Positions 1 to 11,400 of a stretch of DNA of 64,000 nucleotides are shown here, one piece after another. Below the pieces are notes generated by a model that worked only from the letters and a program-made list of their open reading frames with translations, was not told where the DNA came from and searched no databases. A program made the translations under genes and the position numbers. The first letter of the stretch is position 1, and every line of letters begins with the position of its first letter. The DNA is from Octopus sinensis (taxonomy: Eukaryota): positions 97,278,001 through 97,342,000 of the forward strand of contig NC_042999.1 in the NCBI RefSeq assembly GCF_006345805.1, in the 5' to 3' direction.

Positions 1-2424
1 TGGTCTCTAGTCATTTCCTCAGTGAGACCTAAAGTTCGAAGGTCGTGCTTCACCACCTCGTCCCAGGTTTTCCTGGGTCTGCCTCTTCCGCAGGTTCCCT
101 CAACCGCTAGGGTGTGGCACTTTTTCACACAACTATCTTCATCCATTCTCGCCACATGACCATACCAGCGCAAACATCTCTCTTGCACACCACAACTGAT
201 GCTTCTTAGGTCCAGCTTTTCTCTCAAGGTACTTACACTCTGCCGAGTATGAGTACTGACATTACACATCCATCGGAGCATACTGGCTTCATTTCTTGCG
301 AGCTTACGCATATCCTCAGCAGTCACGGCCATGTTTCACTGCCATGTAGCATGGCTGTTCGTACACACGCATCATACAGTCTGCCTTTCACTCTGTGCGA
401 GAGGCCTTTTGTCACCAGCAGAGGTAAGAGCTCTCTGAACTTTGCCCAAGCTATTCTTACTCTAGCAGTTACACTTTCAGCACACCCGCCCCCGCTGCTG
501 ACTTGGTCACCTAGGTAACGGAAACTATCAACTATTTCTAGTTTTTCTCCCTGGAAAGTGACAGAAGTTGGTCTCGGAGCATTTTCAGTGTTTATTGTTC
601 CTGAGCATCTGCCACATACAAAAACCATCTTCCTAGTTAGCCTTCCTTTGACATTGCTGCACCTCTTATGTGTCCATAGCTTACACTTGGTGCATCTTAT
701 AGAGTTTCTACCTACACCTTTTCTACAGATCGAGCAGGGCCATCTACCTGAAGGCGTTTGTGATTTGTCTACCTTCCTACTGATTACGACTTTGGTTTTA
801 GCTAGATTGACTCTGAGGCCCTTCGATTCTAATCCTTGTTTCCACACCTGAAACTTTTCCTCCAGTTCTGATAGCGACTCAGCAATTAGAGCAAGGTCAT
901 CAGCATAGAGGAGCTCCCAAGGGCATCCTGTCTTGAATTCCTCTGTTATTGCCTGGAGGACTATGATAAATAGGAGGGGGCTGAGGACTGAGCCTTGGTG
1001 GACCCCTACCTCTACCCGGAATTCTTCACTGTACTCGTTGCCAACCCTCACCTTACTAGCAGCGTCCCTATACATGGCCCGCACAGCTCTCACTAACCAT
1101 TCATCTATCCCTAGTTTCCTCATTGACCACCAGATAAGGGATCGGGGGACCCTGTCGAAGGCTTTCTCCATGTCAACAAAAGCCAGGTACAGGGGCTTAT
1201 CTTTGGCTAGGTATTTCTCCTGCAGTTGCCTTACCAGGAATATAGCATCAGTAGTACTTTTCCCTGGCACAAACCCAAACTGCATCTCATCTAAACTAAC
1301 TCTCTCTCTAATTAGTTGGGCTATGACCCTCTCCGTAACCTTCATCACCTGATCCAACAGCTTGATACCTCTGTAGTCATTTGTATATAGGGCGTCACCT
1401 TTACCTTTGTAGCAGTTGACTATTATGCTGCTACACCAGTCATTGGGTATGACTCCTTTGTGTATCACCTGATTAACTATATGGGTGACTAGGCTATAGC
1501 CGACACTACCAGACATTTTGAGCATCTCTGCAGTGATTCCTGATGGGCCTGGGGCTTTCCCTGTCTTCATGCTTCTAATTGCCTTAGCTACCACGGAACT
1601 ATCAACTCGGATAGCTGGTCCCTCTGTTGGGTCAACATTCGGCAGACTCTCTTTATCCCATTCATTTTCTTTATTCAGCAACCTTTCATAGTGGCATCTC
1701 CAAACCTCTCTCTTTGCATCCTCATTTAGCGCAAGTGAACCATCTTCCATGCGAACACACTTCTTTCCTACCACATCACGATTCTCTCTCACACACTGTC
1801 TTGCAACGTGGAACACCTCCAGTCTTTGATCCTCACGGTGCAGAACATTGGCAATTTTTTTCTTATCTGCTTCCCCTCTGGCTAAATAAACCTGTCTCCT
1901 AATTTCTCTTTTGGCAGTCTGATACAATTCCTTGCTACCCCCATTTTTCCAGACCTTCCAAGCCTGTCTCTTTTCTCTAATAGCCCTGTCTACAATATTG
2001 TTCCACCACCACGTTATTCTAGGTCGAGAGGGGACTTTGCACCAGCCACAGATCTGGTCAGTGGCTCTCTGCACGTTGTCCCTTAGAAACGTCCAGTTGT
2101 CTTCTACCCCCTGTGATGCTCTATCCCCTTCTACTTTGTCAAAGGCTTCAAGTAATATGTCCCTAAATCTCTGTCCATTTGCAGGATCTTTAAGCTTCCA
2201 GATCCTTCTTCCCCATATTGGTCGTCTTCTGGTTGTCCTCCTAGTCCTGATCCTAAAGTCACTAACTACCAGTCTATGTTGTGGGGTACATTCTTCACCT
2301 AGGAAGGTTTTGGCATTTATAAGCAGCCATCTCTCCCTTTGCCTTGCAAGGATGTAGTCAATTTGGCTGGTATGTTGGCCCGATTGGTAAGTGACTAGGT
2401 GGCTGGTAGGTTTCCTGAAGTTAG
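1..2424 (-). mobile_element. RTE-clade LINE, 5'-truncated, near-intact (APE C-terminus + RT + C-terminal domain); 3' end beyond the left edge
   Basis: Frame open from about 2424 (NFRKPTSHLVTYQSGQHTSQIDYIL, PQHRLVV). RT motifs DMEKAFDRVP, GVHQGSVLSPLLF, YADD, FRYLG. C-terminal RGRPRKTWDEV at about 55-90. One 1-bp deletion near 328. Confidence 0.95.
323..2074 (-). pseudogene. RTE reverse transcriptase ORF segment (583 aa in track; frame extends to about 2424; C-terminus continues after a frameshift)
   Basis: ETW-GCC is reduced to TGG-CC, giving a premature TGA; the shifted frame continues AVTAEDMRKLARNEASMLRWMC...RWYGHVARM. Confidence 0.88.
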
Positions 2425-2446
2425 ATATATATATATATATTTATGT

Positions 2447-5138
2447 ATCATCGTTTAACGTCCGTTTTCCATGCTAGCATGGGTTGCACAGTTTGACTGG
2501 GGTCTGGGAAGCCAGGAGGCTGCACCAGGCTCCAGTCTGATCTGGCAGTGTTTCTACAGCTTGATGTCCTTCCTAACACCAACCACTCTGTGAGTGTAGT
2601 GGGTGCTTTTTACATGCCACCGGCATAGGGGCCAGAGGAGGTTGACAACGGCCATGATCGGTTGGTGCTTTTTACATGCCACTGGCACAGAAGCCAGTCA
2701 AGGTGGTGCTGACATTGGCCACGATCAGATGGTGCTTTTTACATGCTACCGGCGGGTATCACAACTACAATTTCCATTTGATCTTCATTTTGATGTTAAT
2801 GTTACTGACTCAATAGGTCTCCTCAAGCACAGCAGATCGCCCTACAATCCAAAGTACTTTTGAATGGGCTGGAGCTGGTTATGCGAAACTGGTGTAGGAT
2901 ACAGCCATGAACTCACTTTATTTGCTGGGTCTTCACTGTCCCAGCGTATCTCCAGAGGTCTCGGTCCTTCATCATTTCCTCTGTGAAGCCCAACATTCAA
3001 AGGTCATACTTCACCACCTCATCCCATGTCTTCCTGGGTCTACCTCCACCCTAGATTCCTTCAACTGTTTGGGAGTGGCACTTCTTCACACAGCTCTCCT
3101 CATCCATCCATAGTACATAACCATACCAGCACAAACATCTCTTTTGTACGCCACATCTGACGCTTCTTATGTCCAACATTTCTCTCAGGGCACTTATACT
3201 CTGTTATGTGTGCACACTGACATTACACATCCAGTAGATCATGCTAGCTTCATTTCTTTGAAGCCTACGCATGTCCTCCACAGTCATGGCCCATGTTTCA
3301 CTGCTGTGAAGCATGGCAGTTCGCACACATGCGTCGTACTATCTACCTTTCACTCTGAGTGAGAGGCCCTTTGTCAACAATAGGGGTAGAAGCTTTCTAA
3401 ACTTTGCCCAGGCTATTCTTATTCTAGTGGTAACACTCTCTAAGCATCCACCCCCACTACTAACTTGATTACCTAGGTAGTGGAAGTTATCAACTTCTAG
3501 TTTCTCCCACTGGAGTGTGATGGAATCTATTTTCTGAGCATCTGTGGTATTTATTGCTCCTGTGCATCTGCTGCACATGAAAGCTATCTTCCCAGTTAAT
3601 CTTCCTTTGATGTTGCTGCACCTTACACTGGGTACATCTTATGGATTTCTACCTACACCTTTTCTACAGATCGAGCAGTGCCACCTACCTGAGGATGTGT
3701 GTGATGTGTTTGCCTTCCTACTTACTAGAACATTGGTCTTTGCTACATTGACTCTAAGGCCTTTTGATTCTAAACCTTGCTTTCACACCTGAAACTTCTT
3801 CTCTAGTTCTGGTGATGATTCTTCTATGAGGGCCAGGTCATCAGCATAGAGAAACTCCCAGGAGCAACCCATCTTGAATTCCTCTGTTATTGCCTAGAGG
3901 ACTATGATGAATAAAAGGGGACTGAGGGCTGATCCTTGGTGGACCCCTACTTCTACCCGGAATTCTTCACTATACTCATTGCCAATCCTAACCTTACTAA
4001 TGGCCTCTCTGTATAGGGCCTGTACAGATCTTATTAACCAGTCGTCAATCCCCAGTTTTTGCATTGCCCACCAGATAAGCAATCGGGGAACCCTGTCAAA
4101 AGCTTTCTCCAAGTCCACAAAAGCTAAGTATAGGGACTTATCTTTAGCTAGGTATTTTTTCTGCAGTTGTTGAACCAGGAATATAGCATCAGTGGTGCTT
4201 CTACCTGACACAAAACTGAACTGCATTTCATCTAAGCAGACTCTCTCCCCAATGAGATGGGCTATGACCCTCTCTGTGACCCTCATCACCTGACCCGGCA
4301 GTTTGATACCTCTGTAGTTATTTCTATCTAGGGCATCATCTTTACCCTTGTAGTAGTTGACTATGGTGCTGCTACGCCAGTCATTGGGTATGACTCCATC
4401 ATGAACTACCTGGTTTACAATGCGGGTGACTAGGCCATAGCCCACACCACCAGATGTTTTAAGTATCTCAGCAGTGATTCCTGATGGGCCGGAGTCTTTT
4501 GCTGGCTTCATACCCCTAATTGTTTTATCTACCAGGGAGCTGTCTATTCAGATAGCTGGTCCCTCTACTGGGTCAACATTTGGCAGGCTCTCCTCCTACC
4601 ATTCATTCTCCACGATCAGCAGTCTTTCATAATGGCTTCTCCAAGCCTCTTTCTTTTCCAAATTGTTAAAAGCAAGTGCACCATTATCCATGCGAACACA
4701 TTTCTCTCCTGTGACATCACAATTTCTCTCATACACCGTCTTGCAATCCGAAATACTTCAGTTTTTTGATCCTCACGTCGTTGGACATTGGCAAACTTCT
4801 TCTTTTCTGCTTCACCCTTGGCTATGTATACCTGCCACTCAGCCGCCCTTTTGGCTACCTGGTACAGTTCCCTGCTCCTCCCACCTTTCCAGGCCTGTTT
4901 CTTTGCTCTAATGGCTTTGTCTACCATATTATTCCACCACCACGTAACTGTAGGTCTGGAAGGGACTTTGCACCATCCGCAGACTTGGTCTGTGGCACTC
5001 AGCAAGCTGTCCCGTAGGAATTTCCAGCTACTTTCTATGTCTTATGTCTGTAGCTCCTCCTCCCTCTCATCAAATTTCTTGATGAGGATTTCCCTAAATC
5101 TCTGACTATGTGAAGGGTTCTTTAGCTTCCAAATCCTA
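2447..5138 (-). mobile_element. Second, older RTE LINE copy with 3' UTR and (GAT)n tail; multiple stops and frameshifts
   Basis: ORFs 3339-3578, 3894-4511 and 4616-5005 are homologous to copy 1; GRPRKTWDEV at about 3015-3045; 3' end ...catggaaaacggacgttaaacgatgat at 2447-2480. Confidence 0.9.
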
Positions 5139-5209
5139 TTGAAATTATATAAATTAATGCATTCTATTATTTAATTTTTTTCAAAAGAAAATGTTTATAT
5201 AAGCAATTA

Positions 5210-5935
5210 AAACTTCTTTCTTATGACTACTATGCATCCCCAGCCGAACTCTCGGCCCTTCGATGTCTCTGACGCCGCACTGACAATAACATAAAACTGG
5301 CTGACAAGAGTGGAGCCATGGTGGTGTAACGCGCGGACCTCTACAAGGCCGAAGCTCTCCGCCAACGTCAAGATACCTCCTTCTACTGTCCTTTGCCCTC
5401 TGAACCCATGCTCAGCTACCAACAGACTCATCTCCTCCCCACTGCCTTCAACCTCATTGTGCGCACCCCCATCATTTACTTACTCCCCAAAATCCACAAA
5501 CCTAACAACCCTGGCTGCCCCATTGTCTGTGCCTGCAACTGCCCCACTGAACTCATCTCCAGATATCTTGACCATGTCCTTACTCCACTATTGGCTTCCC
5601 TCCCCTCTCACATCCATGACACCAACCACGTGCTTTCTCCTTCCCTCCTGGCCCCTCTAAATTTCCCTTTACCCTCGACATCCAGAGCCTTTACACAGTG
5701 ATCCTCACCGTGTACTCCAACATTTCCTTGACCTTCGACCCAGCCCCCAACATGACACATATTTCATCTATTCTGCATTTTGGAGGAGATGAAACAGGGA
5801 CACCTGAAGAAGGGGAATATTCTTTGTGTTGTATGTCTTGTACTCTGTTTTTTTCGTTGTGTGAAAAAAAGTTCCTTTCTATGTTTTCGTTTCTCATTGT
5901 GTTCAACGTTTTTTTTATGTCCTGTACCCATATAT
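5210..5935 (+). mobile_element. Penelope-like element remnant (RT fragment plus 3' terminal region)
   Basis: ADKSGA..., IYLLPKIHKPNNPGCPIVCACNCPTELISRYLDHVL and FTLDIQSLYTVI are typical PLE RT motifs; ends against (TA)n. Confidence 0.85.
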
Positions 5936-5940
5936 GCATG

Positions 5941-5984
<44 letters not shown>

Positions 5985-5989
5985 GCACA

Positions 5990-6350
5990 TGGAGGCGCAA
6001 TGGCCCAGTTGTTAGGGCAGCAGACTCGTGGTCGTAGGATCGCGGTTTTGATTCCCAGACCGGGCGTTGTGAGTGTTTATTGAGCGAAAACACCTAAAGC
6101 TCCACGAGGCTCTTTCACCACAACTTTCTCTCACTCTTACTTCCTGTTTCTGTTGTACCTGTATTTCAAAGGGCCGGCCTTGTCACTCTCTGTGTCACGC
6201 TGAATATCCCCGAGAACTACGTTAAGGGTACACGTGTCTGTGGAGTGCTCAGCCACTTACACGTTAATTTCACGCACAGGCTGTTCCGTTGATCGGATCA
6301 ACCGGAACCCTCATCGTCGTAACCAACGGAGTGTTTCCATCCATCCATCC
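5990..6350 (+). mobile_element. tRNA-derived SINE with (CCAT)n tail and 10-bp TSD
   Basis: A-box-like TGGCCCAGTTGTTAG; B-box-like GGTTTTGATTCCC; atatagcaca at 5980-5989 and 6351-6360. Confidence 0.85.
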
Positions 6351-6719
6351 ATATAGCACACTCTGGGAGTGTATCAGGAGGGTATCCAGCTGTAGAAACT
6401 CTGCCAGATCAGATTGGAGCCTGGTGCAGCCATCTGGCTCACCAGTCCTCAGTCAAACCATCCAACTTATGTCAGCAACGGATGTACCAGCACACACAAG
6501 ATTGAGACATGGCCAACCCCACACACTTCTCATAAGGAATTCCAGAAGGAGCATCATGAGACCACTGCTGAGATGCTTCCAAAAAATAATAAAAAAGAAA
6601 AGCCGTTGGAAAACCGATTATAGCAGCGACTCCATCTAAGAATATCTGCAACAAGTCTCTAGCACTCAACTGGCATAAATGCCAGTCATCGAATTTGATT
6701 TCGATTTCGATTTCACTCA

Positions 6720-6905
6720 CTTGCTTCAACAGGTCTTCGCAAGCAGAGTTTAGTGTCCAATGAAGGAAAGGTACACATAAGTGGGCTGATTACACCCCTG
6801 GCATAACCCAGTCTCACTTGGCTTGCCGAGTTTTCTCAAGCACAGCATATTTCCAAAGTCTCAGTCACTAGTGATTGCCTCAGTGAAGCCTAATGTTCGA
6901 AGGTT
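6720..6905 (-). mobile_element. RTE C-terminal/3' UTR fragment
   Basis: tctcagtcactagtgattgcctcagtgaagcctaatgttcgaagg resembles positions 1-45 and 2945-3005. Confidence 0.6.
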
Positions 6906-7175
6906 ATACACTAACAGGGACCATAACGGTTGGTATTTTTCGGATGATTCAGATCCCTGTTAGTGTATATGTTTTCATTCATGTGCGTTAACTACGGTGT
7001 TAGAGCATTTTAGCCCTTATTTTTAGCAATGTAGGTGTTTTTTAACACCCTAGTCACATTTAGTGACAATTATAATTCTCCTTTTTGGTGAAACATTGCA
7101 ACCTGCTGTTTGCATTAATTCTATGTGTGTGTGTTTATATATGTGTGCATGTATATAGGTTTATGTGTGTAAATA

Positions 7176-7234
<59 letters not shown>

Positions 7235-7949
7235 ACAAGGGAGACAACAATTAAGATTTCCTTATGAACTACTTCCCATAATCTGCATGTTTACAAAAAA
7301 TCTAGTACAGTATTGTGTAGCTTCATGTATTCTCATCTAAAATGTAAACAAGTACCAATGTTCCCATGCAGCAAGTTTGATAATTACTAAGAGATTCCTA
7401 TTTATATGAAACTATTAGTAGCCTTGCTAACCCACAAATAAAGAATACTTATCCACCATTGCAATGTTGAGTGCTCATTCTCACAGTTCAATTTTAGTGA
7501 ATATATATATATTTTACGAGCCACCTGCACAGGAGTCAGTCCAGCGGCACTGGCAATGACCTCACTCGAATGTTCTTTCACATGCCACCGGCACAAGTGC
7601 CAGTAAGGCAACGCTGGTAACGATCACTCTCAAATGGTGCTTTTTACATGTCACTGGCACGGAAGCCAGATATGTATGTATGCATAATTAAATCCCACTG
7701 CATAGCACTTTGGACAAATGTTTTCTGCTAAACCCCAGGTTTAGTGAAGCTGGTTGATGGAAACTGAAAAAAAAGGTCACCTCATCATATATACATATAT
7801 GTATGTATAATGAAAGTAAATAGGGATTAAATAAATCTAGGTGTTTACCTCTTTAAACACTCTAAAGGAATCAAACCTGGCTAGTTAAATTGTCAAGTTG
7901 AGACCATAGTAACTCTCATGTATTGTTATTAGATGTAATAGATAATGTA

Positions 7950-8452
7950 GTTTCCATTATCTAGGTGACCAAATAAGAAGAGGTTGTTCTGAAAGTGTAG
8001 TTACTAGAATAACTTGCTGAGCAAAGGTCAGAGATCTGTTATCTTTATTGATAACAAAGGGCCTCTTCTTCAGAGTGAAAGGCAGTTTGTATGATACCTG
8101 TATATGGACAGCTATGCTACATGACAGTAAAACATGGACTGTGAGTGCAGACAACATGCAAAGGCTTGAAAGAAATATAAGCCAACATGTTCCCTTGTAT
8201 GTGCCATATCAGTAAGCATGTACAACAAAGTGTAAATGTTTTGAGAGAAAATTGGGTATAAGAGACATCAAATGTAATGTGCAAGAGAGAAGACTGCACT
8301 GGTATGACCATGTGATGTATATAGATGAAGACAGCTGCAAAAATAAGTGTCAATCCCTAAATGTGGGGAGAACTTGTGAAAAGAAAAACTCAGGAAGATG
8401 TGGGTCCAACCCATGCTAGCATGGAAAACAGACGTTAAACGATGATGATGAA
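7950..8452 (+). mobile_element. Degenerate RTE 3' fragment
   Basis: Reverse complement of the 1-520 region; ends ccaacccatgctagcatggaaaacagacgttaaacgatgatgatga. Confidence 0.7.
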
Positions 8453-11400
8453 GTGGTGAAAACTGATCTTTAGATGCTGAGTCTTACAGAGATGACAAAG
8501 GACTGACACAATTAGCAACTTACTGTGCTTGAAAAGACAATCTAGCCAAGTAAAATTGAGGCCACAAAGGCATGTCTTTAATATCCACCTCCACCTCTAC
8601 ACACAATCTTCCCTGGTGAACCTCACACCTGCAACCTATTTTCAGTCTTTCAACTCCTCCTTCCATTCTGATTCATCACCCATTGTATTTCCTTCTCCTC
8701 TATCTTCCACTCTCCCTCAAGAACTTACCTTCATACAATTTGTCCCCTCGTCTAAGATCTTCCTCCTTATACCCTTTCCTTCTGTGACCACTCACAGTAT
8801 TCCCTCCATCTCTTTTCACAATCTTGTGAACTTACCCACCCACTCACCCTCTCCAATTCCCAATAGCACCACCCTGTAACTTGGGGGTATGACCCCTGAC
8901 TGCCTCACCTTTACCATTTTCTCTCCACCTAAAGTAGCCATATTTCTTCTGTACTGCAAGATACCTTTTTCTCTCCCTCAGTACTCCTCCTCCACTTAGT
9001 AACTATCTACTTCTGTGTATGCTCGTGTGCATCCTTGTCTACACATCATGTGATGATTATAAATGCACAGCAGCATGACACAAACAAAGTTGTTCAATTT
9101 CCATTTTCCATAAAAAACATGTCAAGTCATCCACCTGCCTCAATAAATTCCATCTAACTAATGCAACCATTGGAAAGTGGACATTAAATGATGCAGATGA
9201 TGAGTAACTACTTATGATGCAAATAGTTAAATGCCTTCAGACTCTAATTTTAGGTGTATTCTTATGATTTTATTAACTGTGAGGTCTTTTTAGTTTTGGT
9301 GTCTTGGTATTTTTGTTTCAGTCTTTTGTATGATTTTTGGCGGCTCATTTCAGAAATGTTTCTAAAGGAGTTTAGTGTGTGTACATGTTAAATAAAGGCG
9401 AGATTGTGATATGATGTGACGATTGATGAAGCTATTAATTACTTTGTATAAAGTCTGTGAATTTTCTGCTTTCCACCTGCTTTTTATAATTTCTGTTTCT
9501 TGAAGCCAGCTGGTCTTACACCTCCATTCAGGCACCATGATCCACTTGTCTCTCCACCTCTTATCACCAGTGTTGTTTCTATTTCCACCAGTCCAACACC
9601 AGCCACTAGGCTAAATTCTACCTCCCCAATACAATGGTTCTCTGGAATCTTCTCCCAACTGCTATTCCTGTAGGTGTTGAACTGAAACAATTTAAATGGA
9701 ACTTTTTGGGCATCAAGCTCACTGGTGTTGAAGTATCTCCAAAGTCATGGGCAATGCTCCTTCCTCAAGCCTCAGCAGGTGAAAAAAAAAGTTTAATTCA
9801 ACATAAATATATAAAATAAGTGTATAATTTTTACAGTTATTTGTCTGAGTTTGGTTCATAAACCATTGCAGAGGCTGAACTGGAAACAAGAAAATCATTT
9901 TCAAAAACTGAACTCCAAGAAAAAGAAAACACAACTCACTAGAATGTAGAATTTGATATAATGTTTTATTTGTAAAGACATGCAATGTTTTTTTTTAATA
10001 TTTACTGTTTTCAATCCTGGGTATTTGTTAGTATAAGGGATGGGGAAAATAAAGTAAAGTATTTTAACATATTTTACAGAAATATATAGCAACACTGCTG
10101 CTTTTATTATTGGCTTGTACAGGGGTTATATTACAGGGCCTAATATATTTGGCAGCAACAAATGGTGTGTATACACAATTTATGTACAATTGCCAATTTA
10201 CATACATGCACATGGTATCTGTTGATGAAACAGCTATACATATATATATAGAGAGAGAGAGAGCGAGCGAGTGAGAGGGAGAGAAAGATAGGAATATAGT
10301 TTTGCACTCTTACAGTAATGGAGATGACACTCAGAAATAAAACGGATTTCAAATATAAATGAATAACAGGAGACATGAAAGAAAATAGAAACAAAAAAAA
10401 ATAGAAAAGAAAAAAGAAATAGAAAAGCAAACATCCAAAAGAACAAAAAAACTTGCCCAAAAGTGAAGGAATTCGACAGGTGAAAAAGCCAAGAAAAACA
10501 AAAATTATAAAGATGAAGTCTGTAATGATTAATTAGAGAATGAAGTGTAGATGAAGATACATGAATATCCAAGAATGAGAGGTGATCAACTTGTATCAGG
10601 TGCTGGCTGCTTATGTGGAAATAAATACAGGCAAATCTTAAATATAACACAAACAGAAAATTAAAATATGTATGAAGGCAGTTAATTAAGAAACAGATTA
10701 CATCAAACAAGTTGAGCTGAACACAAACTCAGTTATGAACTTGACAAACAATGACAAACTCTAGCTCAAATTTCCATGACCCTTTTCCTGTGAGATTAGT
10801 GAACTAACAACATGTTATTGTATCAATGAAGGAAAATAATGCTCTTTTCCTCATATATACACCAAACCCTTAACAACATCAGCTAACTGACCATGGAGTA
10901 AAAACAGTATTATATTATAAATAGTTTAAAACTGGGTGTGTTTACACATAATGACTTATATCAATATATTAAACTACCAATAGGTAACTCTTAATATAAT
11001 GGTAGATAAGATTAAATCAACAAATGGTAACTGGCAGTTGATAATATGATGTTTGTAAAAGTGAAATGTAGCATAGCAGAGGCTATTTCATTGAAAACTA
11101 GCATAGATAAATCTTGAAGAGAATTACTGCAAAAGCTTGTGGACTTTGTAAACAATGAGAGTTGTACTAAAAAAGAAGAAAAAGAAAAAGAAAATTGCCT
11201 ATTATTTATATTGTTGTTATATTTTGCCATTACTTTTTATATCTAATAATATGTAGACTAAATTTAGAAAAGATACATGCACTAAAACCTAAGGTTTGTG
11301 TAATAAAAAGTATGCCTTAAAAAGATATTTTGTACAGATAAACAAAGACTGTACGAAGATATCAACTGAGGTAAAACTGTTGGAACAGTTGTGATATACA

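Noticed and set aside
5691-6093. YIYI-, ERER- and HHHNNN-type ORFs (also 17020-17340, 48380-48646, 49080-49802, 50596-50922)
   Set aside because: Translations of microsatellites and SINE bodies.
10140-10710. Long Phe/Leu-rich minus-strand ORFs (106 and 158 aa)
   Set aside because: U-rich low-complexity sequence avoids stops; no splice context or family motif.
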